Positions 45,259-56,597 of a stretch of DNA of 64,000 nucleotides are shown here, one piece after another. Origin of the DNA: an uncultured Acidobacteriota bacterium (GTDB taxonomy: Bacteria; Acidobacteriota; Terriglobia; Acidiferrales; UBA7541); the NCBI GenBank assembly GCA_963705755.1, contig CAVPKZ010000085.1, positions 2,191 to 66,190 on the forward strand, read 5' to 3'. Numbering within the stretch: position 1 is the first letter of the stretch; every line of letters starts with the position of its first letter. The notes under the pieces are model-generated. The model ran no database searches, was not told the DNA's origin, and was given only the letters and a program-made list of their open reading frames with translations. A program made the translations under genes and the position numbers.

Positions 45259-45507
45259 GCACGAAAAGGTAACATATCCGTGAATGCCAGCATGACTTTG
45301 TGCGCTATCCGGTCGCTCAAATCACAATCCCTGCTTACGGACCGCGCTAGGCGAAGTTACCCACACGGAATGCACCATGGAAACAAAGCGCGGATTCTTG
45401 TCCCGGCGGCCCGATGACGGCGTGCTAAACTTTTTGACCGGGTGCTCGCCCAACGGCATTCGCTCATTTTGGACGGCTTGGTATCGCGCCGTCGAACAAC
45501 TTCACCA

Positions 45508-46857
45508 ATGCCTAAATCGCTCTTTGGTACCGACGGTATTCGCGGCGTTCCCGGTACACCGCCGCTCGACGATGCCACCTTGTTTGCCACCGGACACGCT
45601 CTCGGTTCCTATTTGCATCGCGAACATTCTGCCGCGCGCGTGCTTATCGGCATGGATACGCGCGAATCCGGGCCGCACATTGCAGCGGTTTTGGCTGCTG
45701 GACTCTCGCAAGGCCGCGCATCGGTGGCCTTCGCGGGAGTGATTACCACGCCAGGAGTTGCGTGCCTGGTGCGGCAGAATGATTTTGAAGCCGGAGTGGT
45801 GATTTCGGCGTCCCACAATCCCTTCCATGACAATGGCGTAAAACTTTTTTCTCACGCGGGGATGAAATTTCCCGACGTGACGGAAGAAGTGTTGGAGATG
45901 GAGATCATTAAGCATCGCGACAAAAATAAATTCGCGCGCATTTCTGCGCCCGCCCTCGTCGCCGATCAATCTTTGGACGCGGAATATCTCGCCAATTTGC
46001 GAGAGCGAGTAATACCAGGCGCGAAATTGAATGGATTGCGCATGGTGCTGGATTGCGCCAATGGCGCCGCGTTTAAACTTGGACCCGAACTATTTCGCTC
46101 TTTCGGCGTCCAAGTAATCTCCATGGGTGACTCGCCGGATGGCCGGAATATCAACGCGGGCTGCGGTTCCCTGCATCTGGAAGGGCTCAGGAAACGCGTT
46201 CTCGCGGAACGGGCCACTCTGGGGGTGGCTTTCGATGGCGACGCTGACCGCGCTCTGTTTGTTTCGGCCGACGGACGAATCGTGAATGGCGACGGAGTGA
46301 TGCTGGCTGTGGCGCGTTACCTGAAGGCTGAAAATAAGCTCAAAGGTAACCGCGTCGTGGGAACCTCCATGTCTAATTTGGGCTTGGAACGCGTTATGGA
46401 TGCGGAAGGTATCACGTTGGCGCGTACCGATGTCGGTGACCGCTACGTACTCGAAGAAATGCTCCGCAGCGGGAGCGTATTAGGCGGCGAACAGTCCGGC
46501 CACATCATTTTCCTGGATGACAGCCCGGCGGGCGATGGCCTGCTGACGGCCCTCAAGATTGCTTCATTGGTATCCATGAATGGCGTGCTCACGGATTTAA
46601 CAAAGGGGTTGAAGGACTACCCGCAGATCATCGTGAATGTGAAGGTTCGGTCAAAGCCTCCGCTCGATACGCTACCTGCGGTCTCGCGAGCGTTGTCCGA
46701 TGCCAACTCCGCGCTGGGCCAAAGTGGTCGCATAGTTCTTCGATACTCAGGCACGGAGCCTCTCGCCCGAGTCATGGTGGAAGCTGAACACGATGCGGAT
46801 GTGCAGCGCTTCAGCCAGTCGGTGGCGGACGCGCTTCGAGCTTCTATCGGCGCCTAG
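45508..46857 (+). CDS. glmM: Phosphoglucosamine mutase
   Basis: LFGTDGIRG, ISASHNP, DGDADR, GGEQSGH, RYSGTEP. Confidence 0.96.
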   Translation: MPKSLFGTDGIRGVPGTPPLDDATLFATGHALGSYLHREHSAARVLIGMDTRESGPHIAAVLAAGLSQGRASVAFAGVITTPGVACLVRQNDFEAGVVISASHNPFHDNGVKLFSHAGMKFPDVTEEVLEMEIIKHRDKNKFARISAPALVADQSLDAEYLANLRERVIPGAKLNGLRMVLDCANGAAFKLGPELFRSFGVQVISMGDSPDGRNINAGCGSLHLEGLRKRVLAERATLGVAFDGDADRALFVSADGRIVNGDGVMLAVARYLKAENKLKGNRVVGTSMSNLGLERVMDAEGITLARTDVGDRYVLEEMLRSGSVLGGEQSGHIIFLDDSPAGDGLLTALKIASLVSMNGVLTDLTKGLKDYPQIIVNVKVRSKPPLDTLPAVSRALSDANSALGQSGRIVLRYSGTEPLARVMVEAEHDADVQRFSQSVADALRASIGA

Positions 46858-47183
46858 ACAATCCGGCAGTTAAATGCGAAGCGTTGCGGCTATAGAAGTA
46901 TGCGAATGTGCGTAGCTTTGCTCATCGATTCTTGAGGGGTCGTAAAATCAGCGAGTGCGATCAGAAATAAAAAATAACGATATTGTAGTTTTTGCTGCTG
47001 GAAAATTCATCGCGAAGCATGGGCTGGTGAGTGCGACCCGCTCCCAAACAACATAGAAGGCGCTCTAAATTCTGTGAGATTTTGTAGGCTCCAAGAGTGG
47101 TCACGAATCTTAATCCGGGGTTAATTTGCGTTAACCTTCTTGCTTTCAATTACTTTGAATCGCAATTTTCCATGAGTGCTGGC

Positions 47184-47199
47184 TGGCACAACACTTGCT
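47184..47199 (+). promoter_or_regulatory. Sigma54 (-24/-12) promoter
   Basis: TGGCAC-AACAC-TTGCT, exact consensus spacing; AT-rich IHF-like site at 47144-47156. Confidence 0.78.
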
Positions 47200-47209
47200 C
47201 TTCACTTGG

Positions 47210-47318
47210 CAACTTTAAAAAGATTGGCTTCCCGGGGTGGCCGGACCCGAACCTCGACTCGGTTTCCGGTTTTGGGGCGTCAATTCAAAAAGGGGGCTTG
47301 CACCAGCCCCCTTTTTTC
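47210..47318 (+). ncRNA. Candidate sigma54-dependent small RNA
   Basis: Lies between the sigma54 promoter and terminator GGGGGCT..AGCCCCC-T7; long hairpin ATTGGC..GCCGGA-CCGA/TCGG-TCCGGT..GTCAAT; no ATG or plausible ORF. Confidence 0.58.
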
Positions 47319-47344
47319 ATTTCTGGTGCCCGCGCGACGCACTA

Positions 47345-48463
47345 GTGTTGTGTTACATAAATAAGTGACACATAGCCTGATTTATGTTATACAGGCTCAT
47401 GTTCACTGCCTACGAACCGTTTCAACTGCCACCTCAAGAACGTGATCGCCTGCAACAAATCGTGCGAACGACCATCCTCTCGGCCGGGCTCGTCCGGCGG
47501 GCGCGCGTGTTGTTGCTGTTGGCCGAAGGAGTCTCTGTGCGACAGATCCAAGCGCAGACGGGGATGAGCCCGCGGCGCATTCAGCACTGGAAGAGGAGTT
47601 GGCAGAACAAAGGGCTGGATGGTCTGCTGGATGCTCCCCGTGCGGGTAGACCGAAGAAGCTGACGGTGGCAAAGGAGGCGGCCATCCTGGCGGCCACCGA
47701 AGAGCATCCCCCGGGATCCACCACGCATTGGTCCACGCGCCGGCTGGCTCGACGATTGGGGGTGAGCAACGTCACGGTCATGCGGGTCTGGCACAAGGCT
47801 GGGCTGCAGCCTCACCGGCTGCGCCGCTACATGGCCAGCCCGGACCCGAACTTTGAAGCCAAGGCCAAAGACATTCTGGGTTTGTACTTGCATCCTCCTG
47901 AGAACACAGCCGTTTTTTGCATCGACGAGAAAACCGCGATCCAGGCTCTGGACCGCACGCAACCGGCGTTACCGCTGCAACCCAACCGGCCGGAACGTCA
48001 GACCGTCGAGTACGTGCGACACGGAACCGTCTCGCTGTTAGCCGCTTTGGAAGTGCACAGCGGGAAGGTGGTAGGACGGTGCGTGGCACGCCACACCAGC
48101 GAGGAGTTCGTGAACTTCCTGGAGGAAGCCGTAGCCACTCATCGACGCAAGGCCATCCACGTGATCCTGGATAACCTTGCGGTGCACAAAGCTCCCGTCG
48201 TGCAGGCTTGGGCCAAAGAGCACCCCCAGGTGACTTTTCATTTCACTCCCACCTATGCCTCTTGGCTGAACCAAATCGAAATTTGGTTGGGGATGATCAC
48301 CCGAGACTGCATCCGGCGTGGCGTGTTTCACTCGGTGTTGGATTTGGCGCACAAAATCATGACCTACATCCGGTTCTATAACCGCAACGCTCAGCCGTTC
48401 CACTGGACTTACCGCAACCCAAGAAAACGTATTCGCGTGTCACCTTCTTCGGTAACGCGACAC
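47345..48463 (+). mobile_element. IS630 family insertion sequence
   Basis: Imperfect terminal inverted repeats GTGTTGTGTTAC / GTAACGCGACAC, flanked by duplicated TA in a CTAG target. Confidence 0.92.
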
Positions 48464-48466
48464 TAG
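47384..48466 (+). CDS. IS630 transposase (start 47384 or 47399)
   Basis: HTH region, WSTRRLA, CIDEKT, YVRHGT, ILDNL..HK, PTYASWLNQIEIW (DDE). Confidence 0.95.
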   Translation: MLYRLMFTAYEPFQLPPQERDRLQQIVRTTILSAGLVRRARVLLLLAEGVSVRQIQAQTGMSPRRIQHWKRSWQNKGLDGLLDAPRAGRPKKLTVAKEAAILAATEEHPPGSTTHWSTRRLARRLGVSNVTVMRVWHKAGLQPHRLRRYMASPDPNFEAKAKDILGLYLHPPENTAVFCIDEKTAIQALDRTQPALPLQPNRPERQTVEYVRHGTVSLLAALEVHSGKVVGRCVARHTSEEFVNFLEEAVATHRRKAIHVILDNLAVHKAPVVQAWAKEHPQVTFHFTPTYASWLNQIEIWLGMITRDCIRRGVFHSVLDLAHKIMTYIRFYNRNAQPFHWTYRNPRKRIRVSPSSVTRH

Positions 48467-48571
48467 CTTCTAAGTTGGCACTCGGCCCTGAACACAAGAG
48501 AATCACCCCGCGACCTTGTAAAACCGAAAAGTTGGATATGAGTGCACTGCAGCTTGAGGCAAAGATGCGGC

Positions 48572-48655
48572 CAACAAGGTGAGCGGCCGGTGGGGGTTCC
48601 GGCCGCTCGGGCGTGGGGATGGAGGGAAACGTAATCCGAAGCTGTTCTTAACTTC
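48572..48655 (-). ncRNA. Candidate small RNA with CU-rich seed
   Basis: -10 CATAAT at 48666-48661; 5' hairpin GAAGTT/AGCTTC; unpaired TTTCCCTCCATCCCC; perfect 10-bp hairpin GAGCGGCCGG/CCGGCCGCTC. Confidence 0.42.
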
Positions 48656-49044
48656 CCGTCATTATGCTGCGCTCGCGAGCAGCACAACGGCACACAGGAG
48701 CAGCCGTAACCGCCCCGGAAGCCGCGATCAACTTCCGATCACAATTGCGATTGTGCTTCGTAACGGTTCGGCGGTCGATAGCTCCGTCGTTCCATTTCAC
48801 CCGGTACTTTCCGCCTTATGCTTCCGTACCGTTTCACAAGTACCTTGGTACCGTTGGCCCACACAATCGGGAATGGCAATCTCCAGAAAGCCGGTGTGCC
48901 AGGCTATACCCTCTAAATTTCTCCTCATCTTTTTCAGCTGCGGCTCTACAGAGTGGCACTCCAGAAGAATCTGCACTGGCCGGAAGGTCTGAAAAGCTTC
49001 AGGCGCTCGCCACTTCCCACCGCGATACGTTATTCTTCCATCCC

Positions 49045-50334
49045 ATGCATGATCTAAGTTACTTTCGTGAGCACCTCGATCTTTTCGCGGACATGGCTGC
49101 CAAACGCGGCGCCACCCTGGATCTCGACGCTTTCCGCGCTCTAGACAAAGAGCGTCGCGAACTCATCACAAAGAATGAGCAACGCAAAGCGCAACGCAAC
49201 AAAGCCAGCGGCGAAATCGCGCGCCTCAAAAAAGAAAAGCAGCCTGCCGATGCCATCATTTCGGAGATGAAACAGGTCTCTGAACTCATCAAGCAGAGCG
49301 ATGAGCGCATTAGCCAGCTTGACGATACGCAACGCGAGCTGCTGCTTACCATTCCTAATATCCCGCATTCCAGTGTGCCGGTGGGCTCCAGTGCCGCGGA
49401 CAACGTAGAAGTACGCCGCTGGAGCGCGCCGCCAAAGTTTGATTTCGCGCCTCGCCCGCACTGGGAAGTCGGGGAGCGCGCGGGAATTCTGGATCTGTCC
49501 GCCGCGGCCAAAATCACCGGTGCCCGTTTTGCGGTCTATAAAGGCTGGGGAGCACGCCTCGAACGCGCACTCGCAAATTTCTTTCTCGATGTACACACCC
49601 GTGAACACGGTTACACGGAAATTTTGCCGCCCTTTTTAGTGAACAGCGCCTCGCTTATGGGGTCCGGCCAATTACCAAAATTCGCTGCAGACCTTTTCAA
49701 AATTGAGGGCACTGACTTCTGGCTCACGCCCACGTCGGAAGTCGAGCTACACAATCTTTATCGCGACGAAACGATAACGGAAAGCCAGCTTCCGATCTTC
49801 CTCACCGCCTGGACGGCTTGCTTCCGCTCCGAAGCAGGCGCGGCCGGTAAAGATACACGCGGCATTCTTCGCCAACATCAATTCCAAAAAGTTGAGCTTT
49901 TCAAATTTACCCACCCGGAAAAAAGTTATGAGGAGCACGAGGCTCTGGTCCGCAATGCCGAAACGATTCTGCAGAAACTCGACCTCCACTATCGAACGGT
50001 TCTGCTGTGCACAGGGGATATGGGCTTTGCCTCCGCGAAAACCTATGACATAGAAGTGTGGCTACCCTCCGCGAACGAATTTCGCGAAATTTCCTCGTGT
50101 TCTAACTGTGAGGCATTTCAAGCGCGCCGTGCGGGCGTCCGTTTTAAGCCCGCCAGCGGCGGCAAAAGCGATTTCGTGCATACGCTGAACGGCTCTGGAC
50201 TCGCTGTGGGGCGCACTTGGATCGCCATAATCGACAACTATCAACAGCAGGACGGGTCGGTTGTGCTCCCCGAAGTATTGCGCCCATACATGGGCATTGA
50301 CCGAATTCCGGCGCCGGAGATGCCTAAGCGTTAG
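49045..50334 (+). CDS. serS: Serine--tRNA ligase
   Basis: [40 protein letters not shown]; start MHDL at 49045. Confidence 0.97.
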   Translation: MHDLSYFREHLDLFADMAAKRGATLDLDAFRALDKERRELITKNEQRKAQRNKASGEIARLKKEKQPADAIISEMKQVSELIKQSDERISQLDDTQRELLLTIPNIPHSSVPVGSSAADNVEVRRWSAPPKFDFAPRPHWEVGERAGILDLSAAAKITGARFAVYKGWGARLERALANFFLDVHTREHGYTEILPPFLVNSASLMGSGQLPKFAADLFKIEGTDFWLTPTSEVELHNLYRDETITESQLPIFLTAWTACFRSEAGAAGKDTRGILRQHQFQKVELFKFTHPEKSYEEHEALVRNAETILQKLDLHYRTVLLCTGDMGFASAKTYDIEVWLPSANEFREISSCSNCEAFQARRAGVRFKPASGGKSDFVHTLNGSGLAVGRTWIAIIDNYQQQDGSVVLPEVLRPYMGIDRIPAPEMPKR

Positions 50335-50619
50335 GACCTAGTTGGGCGCGTGTTTCTGTCTGTAAGTCCCATAAAATCATTTACCTGGTAACTATTTCGG
50401 GTACCGTTGTTCATCCTTAGATGGCCATAGCGGGCTTCGCAACTTGCTGAAATTACACCTTTTCGTTTGACGCGCCCTTTTGACCTTGCATACACTCGGT
50501 TCACCGCGTCCTTGGTGAGTTCCCGGCTATTGGCCGTCGTTCCATTCCGCCGACGCCAACTGGAATTCGCTAACAATCATTAGCTCTAGAAACGTATAGA
50601 CGCGGTCGAAGAGTACGCT

Positions 50620-50931
50620 ATGAACTTTCTCGCTCGATTGATGAGGTTTTTATTCTGGGTGGTGATTGTCTCGTGGGGCGTTCGCCTCGCCGGACGGTTT
50701 ATCTCCGTTTTGCTGCAGCCCGGCCGGGCCGGTGAGCCGTTAAAACCCACCGGCGATTTGAATGCCGAGCAGAGTGGACGGCTGCTGGTGCGCGATCCGG
50801 TCTGCGGTGTGCACGTCGCAGAGGAGCGCGCAATTCCTTTGCGTGAAAATGGCGAATTGTTGCATTTCTGTTCGCTAGCCTGCCGCGACGCCTATCTAAA
50901 TTCTTCGCACAAGCTAGCGGCGAACGCATGA
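50620..50931 (+). CDS. Membrane-anchored YHS/TRASH domain protein
   Basis: LVRDPVCG...HFCS..CRDAY after an N-terminal TM helix. Confidence 0.82.
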   Translation: MNFLARLMRFLFWVVIVSWGVRLAGRFISVLLQPGRAGEPLKPTGDLNAEQSGRLLVRDPVCGVHVAEERAIPLRENGELLHFCSLACRDAYLNSSHKLAANA

Positions 50932-51018
50932 TACGGCGTGAACCACCGATAATTGCTGTTCAGCCAAAGTTTTGAATACTGCTCTAGACGAACCGACTTG
51001 AGGAAAGGACCCGAGCCG

Positions 51019-52342
51019 ATGGCCACGGTCGCAAAGCCCACAGCCCCGACGAGACAGATTGGCACGCCTTCCATGGTGCCGCGCATCGCACCTCGCGAGG
51101 ATTTGAATCCGTTCCGTATCGCCCAGATTCAATTTGATATGGCCGCGGAATTTCTGAAGCTTGACCCTGGCTTGCGCCAGATTCTTCGCACGCCCAAGCG
51201 CGTTCTGGAAGTTTCCATTCCTACCAAAATGGACAATGGCCAGGTGAAAGTTCTCACCGGTTATCGCGTTCAGCACAATGTGGCACGCGGGCCTGCTAAA
51301 GGCGGCGTGCGTTTTCATCCCAACCTTACGCTTGACGAAATGAAAGCTCTGGCGGCCGGTATGACCTGGAAGAGCGGCAACCGTGAACGTGCCTTTTGGG
51401 GGCGCCCAGGGCGGGGTAATTTGCGATTCGAAACGCATGTCCAAAGGTGAGCTCGAGCGCGTAACGCGCCGTTATGCCAGCGAAATTCTGCCACTCATCG
51501 GACCGTATCTGGATATTCCTGCGCCTGACGTGTATACCGACGCGCAGACGATGGCGTGGATGATGGACACCTACGCAATGACGGTGGGGCACGCGGCGCA
51601 CGGGTCAGTTACCGGGAAACCGTCGTCCATCGGCGGCTCGAATGGCCGCGAAGAAGCGATGGCTCGCGGCCTGGTCGCCGTCGTCGAAGAAGCATGCAAG
51701 CTTAAAAAGATCGCGCTCCGCGGAGCTACTGTGGCCATTCAAGGCTTCGGCCATTCAGGAGCCACCGTCGCGCAGGTTTTTGCCGAGAAAAAAACCAAAA
51801 TTATCGCTCTAAGTGATACTCGCGGAGGCGTAACCAATTCGCGTGGCATTGATCCCATTAAAGCCATTCGCTATAAGGAGCGCTCCGGAACGGTGGTAGG
51901 CATGCCGGGGGCTTCGCGCACTACCAACGACGAATTGCTCACCATGAAGTGCGACATCCTGGTGCCTGCCGCACTCGAAAACGTGATCACCCTGAATAAC
52001 GCGGAAGCCATCAAGGCGCGCATTGTTGCCGAAGCGGCCAACGGACCGACCACTCCGCACGCCGATGAAATTCTGGCTCGCAAGGGAATCACGGTGCTGC
52101 CGGACATTCTCGCTAACGCCGGCGGCGTGACGGTGAGCTATTTTGAGTGGGTGCAAAACCAGCAAGGATTGATCTGGGACGCGGAAGAGGTAAATGCCCG
52201 TCTGCAAAAAACGATCGTGCGCGCTTTTCATGAAATGGTGGAAACCATGCGCAAGCATCACGTGCCGCCGCGTGCCGGCGCCATGATTCTGGCGGTGGGG
52301 CGCGTCGCGGAAGCCACACTGGTCCGAGGTTTGTTCCCGTAA
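51019..52342 (+). CDS. Glu/Leu/Phe/Val dehydrogenase family protein with degenerate active site (frameshift near 51378)
   Basis: GYRVQHN..RGPAKGG.RF, DIPAPD, VTGKP, EAANGP, NAGGVTVSYFEWVQN; GGAQGG replaces GGAKGG. Confidence 0.9.
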
Positions 52343-52619
52343 CGCCGAAATATTTCTAAGTGGCTGCTATACCACAACCGTTAGAAGCCCTACTCTGCAT
52401 TTTTTCCAAAATTTTTTCTTGCGTCGCACCTCTTGCGCGCGTACATTCGCAATTGCCGGTGCGTTTTTGGTTGGTTTCCAAAAGCGCCCGGCAATTTTCG
52501 CTTGGAGTGAAATAGTGGCGAAATAGTGGCGCCGTTTTTTGACGAGAAACTCGTCGCGCCGGAAGAGACTAAAAATTTGTGCGGCTTGCTGGGTGAGACG
52601 CTGGGATTAAGCACGAAAA

Positions 52620-53499
52620 ATGTCCAACCACATAAACGTGGCTCCCAATTTATTGCTCACCATTGCGGGATTCGATCCTTCTTGCGGCGCGGGCATCGCG
52701 GCCGATCTCAAAACTTTTGCCGCTCACGGTTGTTACGGGGTGGCGGCCGATCACTTCGCTGACGGTGCAGAGTACCGAAGGCGTACAGGCCGTCCACAAT
52801 ACTCCCAGCGCCGAGCTGCGCCAACAATTGGAAGTATTGGCCAAAGACTGCGACATCGCGGCGGTAAAGATCGGAATGCTCGGCAATCGCGGAAACGCGG
52901 TGGTTGTCGCTGAGTTTCTGGATGCACACCAATTCGCGCATGTCGTACATGACCCGGTGATGAAATCTTCGAGCGGAACGGAACTGCTCGATGCCGCCGG
53001 ACTCAAATATCTCGCCACGGAACTGCTAAAACGTTCCACGGTCATTACTCCCAATGTGCCGGAGGCTGAAATTTTAACGGGGATGGAGATCAAGGACCTG
53101 GCTGGGATGGAAGCTGCGGCCAGAAAGATTGTCGAGATGGGCGCGCACGCCGTAATCGTAAAAGGCGGTCACATGGAACGGGCTATCGACGTGCTTTTTG
53201 ACGGGGAAACAATCGCTAGCTGGGTGGCGACGGGTCAAGGCGGATAACTATCACGGAACCGGTTGCACATTCGCGTCATCCATCGCCGCGCAGATGGCTT
53301 CCGGCCGCGGGTTGACGGAAGCCGCTATGCTCGCCAAAGCCTACGTGACAAAAGCCATCGAAAAAGGCTATCGCCATCGGCAAAGGGCGCATCCCGTTGG
53401 ATCATTTCTACCGGCCTGCGCACCGAGCCTCCGGCGCGTGGCATTCACGAAGTGCCGCAACATGGCATGCATCCTGCCGCCGAACCCACAGCACACTAA
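52620..53499 (+). CDS. thiD: Hydroxymethylpyrimidine/phosphomethylpyrimidine kinase (frameshifts)
   Basis: LTIAGFDPSCGAGIAADLKTF, VKIGML, DPVM, TPNVPEA, KGGH, HGTGCT. Confidence 0.93.
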
Positions 53500-53572
53500 T
53501 TCAGTTGGGAATTCGGGGAAATATTTCCGAGCGCGAATGGTCGAAGTTTTTGTCTTTAGCAGAACTTCGCGG

Positions 53573-54841
53573 CTATCGTTTCCAAACTGCGCGGCCGGCA
53601 ACAATCGTGGCCATGGGCGCGCCCTTGAAGCTGCGCCCGTCAAACGGTGAATTCCGCGATTTGCTGGATGACTCTTTGACGTCATAAGTCCAATCATGGT
53701 CGGTCGAAAAAATCGTCAGATCGGCCGTTTCTCCCTTCGCAATTTTTCGTTCCAGACCAAGCACTCGCGCCGGACCGGTCAGTAAATAATTCCACCATGC
53801 GCATCAGCGAGATCTTTCCGCTGTGCACACAGTTCCAGTGCAAGCCCCAACGCCGTTTCAAATCCCAAAATGCCAACGGCGCGCGATCAAACTCCACGTC
53901 CTTTAAGGCCGGTTCGTGAGGAGCGTGATCGGTGGCAATGGCGTCCACGGTGCCGTCCGCCAATCCAGCGAGCAGAGCGTCACGGTCTTCGCGCGCGGCC
54001 AAGGGCGGGTTCATTTTGAATCGCGAATCGTATTGACGTCCTCATCGATCAGCGTGAAGTGATGTGGCGTCACCTCGCAGGTGACCTTCAATCCATGCTT
54101 TTGGCCAAGCGAACCATTCCAGCGAGCTTTGCGCGGAAAGATGCGCGATATGCAGCCGCGCGCCGGTAAATTCGGCCAATTGAACGTCCCGCGCCACACA
54201 GACGGATTCCGCGGCGGCAGGCATGCCGCGCAATCCCAGTCGCGTGGAGGTAACGCCTTCGCGCATGACCGCCCCTGCGCCAGCGAAACATCTCCGCGTG
54301 TTCAATCACCGGAAGGTCGAGGATGTGGCAATAGTCCATGACTTGGCGCGCCAATTTTGCCGTAGCGATGGGTTTGCCGTCATCGGAAACCGCGACGATT
54401 CCCGCGTCTTTCATCGCCGCAATTTCGGCGATGTTTTCTCCTTTACTTCCCACTGAGGCCGCGCCGATCGGCCAAACTCGCACGCTGCCGCTGGCTTTCG
54501 CGCGATCGACAATAAATCGCGTGACCGAGGCATTGTCGTTTACGGGTTTGGTGTTGGGCATGCAGCACACCGCGGTGAAGCCACCGCGCGCCGCTGCTCG
54601 CGTTCCAGTCTCGATGGTCTCGGAAGACTCCTGGCCGGGCTCGCGCAAGTGCACATGCATATCGATAAAACCCGGCGCGACGATCAGTCCGGCAGGCGTC
54701 GAAAATTTCCGCATCGGTGCGCGAGCGATTTTTCCTGGCGCGCCAATCTCAGCGATTTTTTCTCCATCGAGAAGAATGTCCTGCGCCGCGTCGGAATTTG
54801 ATTGCAGGATCCAGCACCCGGCCGTTCTTAATCAGCAGCAT
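53573..54841 (-). CDS. pyrC: Dihydroorotase (frameshifts)
   Basis: [44 protein letters not shown]. Confidence 0.94.
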
Positions 54842-55880
54842 GCGTGGATTCCTTTTTTTCTGGCGCAGCGTTCGAGCCACCCGATGCCTCATCCGCGAGC
54901 GCGATTTCTCCGCCTTCCGTGGCGCCGGCCATCAGCAAAAACAGCAATGCCATGCGCACCGCGATGCCGTTGGTCACTTGTTCGAGGACGCACGGATTGC
55001 GGTCCATCGGCCACCTCCGGCGAAATTTCCACTCCGCGATTCATGGGGCCAGGATGGCAGGATCAGGGCGTTTCGGATTGGCGAGACTCAGCCGTTCGGC
55101 ATTCAGTTGATACAACAAAATATATTCTTCCGCGGAAAGCGTGGGCTCGTACATTCGTTCGGTTTGCACCCGGAGGACGAGGATCACGTCCGCGTCTTCA
55201 AGTCCATCTTCGATTCGTGACACGCAGCGAATCACGCATCCCGGAGGACCGATTTTTTCCAGCTCGCGCGGGACCCACATTGCCGGGCCGCACAAAGTAA
55301 ACTGACCGCCGAATTTTCCAAGCAGGTGAATATTCGAACGGGCCACGCGACTGTGTTGAATATCGCCCAGAATGGTGACTTTCAAGTTCTCGATGGAGCC
55401 GCGGCGGTCCCGGATAGTCAGCGCGTCCAGCAATCCCTGCGAGGGGTGCTCGTGCGTGCCGTCACCGGCGTTGATCACTGGTATATCGAGATTGCGCGCT
55501 ACGAAATCCGCCGCTCCGGAGGCCGCGTGGCGCATCACCAGGCAATCGGGTTTCATGGCGTTCAGCGTGTAGACGGTGTCGAGAAGCGATTCGCCTTTTT
55601 TCAAGCTGGACGCTTCCGCTTGGAGATTCATGGTGTCCGCGCCCAGCCGCGACGCCGCAGTGCTAAAGCTAATGCGCGTACGCGTGGAATTCTCGAAGAA
55701 CGCCAGAGTGACGGTTTTTCCACGCAAGGTGGCTAGTTTTTTCAGGGGATGCCGCTGAATTTCCTGAAACAGTTTGCTTTGGTCCAGCAGAAAAGTTAAT
55801 TCGTCCGCACGGAGCGGTTCAAGGGCCAGGAGATCGCGAAAACGGTAGGTCACATCGTCACTTATGGAATTACCGGCCAA
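54828..55880 (-). CDS. pyrB: Aspartate carbamoyltransferase catalytic subunit (frameshift near 55060)
   Basis: [37 protein letters not shown]. Confidence 0.94.
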
Positions 55881-55944
55881 TCTTCTTACGTTCGAACAGG
55901 AGCGAAACGCTGATCAATTCTGATTAACTGGTCATGAAAATATT

Positions 55945-56497
55945 CTACGGCCCGACGCGATCGACCAGCACTACACGCTCTTCGCTGTCGATCTCCCGTA
56001 GCCGTACTTCCACGATTTCTGTATCGCTGGTCTGTACGCCTCGGCCGACATATTGCGCTTCGATCGGCATTTCACGATGGCCACGATCGATCAGCACACA
56101 CAACGACACGCGCTTTGGGCGCCCCAGATCGAACAAGCCATTCATCGCGGCGCGGATGGTCCGGCCCGTATACAAAACGTCGTCCACCAACACCAGGTCC
56201 ATGTTATCCACGCCAAAGGAGATATCGGAAGATTGCAGCACCGCATGGGAAGCCACTTTGGATAGATCGTCGCGGTACAAAGTAATGTCCAGCGTCCCGA
56301 CCGGCACTTCGACACCATCGATTCCGCGCATGGCTTTTGCGATTCGCTGGGCCAGCGGCACGCCGCGGCGCCGCACCCCGATCAGCGCGAGATGTTTGGT
56401 ACCGCCGGATTTCTCCACAATTTCGTGCGCCAGCCGCTGCAATGGTGCGATCGATTTCAGACGCGGACATGAGCTGAGACTTTTCTACGATGCGCAT
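55945..56497 (-). CDS. pyrR: Pyrimidine regulatory protein / UPRTase (frameshift near 56440)
   Basis: LDITLYRDDL, VDDVLYTGRTIRAA, DRGHREMPI. Confidence 0.95.
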
Positions 56498-56597
56498 AAG
56501 TTCGCGTAATCCTATCATTCCTGCCGCACTGCGGCCAATGCAACCGTGGCGTAACATTTGGATGATAAACTGCCAAGTTCTTCTGGAGGAATTCAGG

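Noticed and set aside
45280-45500. glmS ribozyme or riboswitch upstream of glmM
   Set aside because: The conserved core of the ribozyme is not present
48664-49044. 127-aa N-terminal extension of SerS, or a T-box leader (TTGGTACCGT at ~48846)
   Set aside because: SerS homology starts at MHDL (49045); no T-box stem I or terminator/antiterminator is recognisable
54338-55300. 320-aa plus-strand ORF and similar long antisense ORFs (e.g. 35291-35965, 61169-61924)
   Set aside because: Shadow ORFs opposite well-supported genes in GC-rich DNA
56540-56556. Pho box before the PafA-like phosphatase (and a weak array before phoU)
   Set aside because: Only two degenerate half-sites; too weak to call without a PWM
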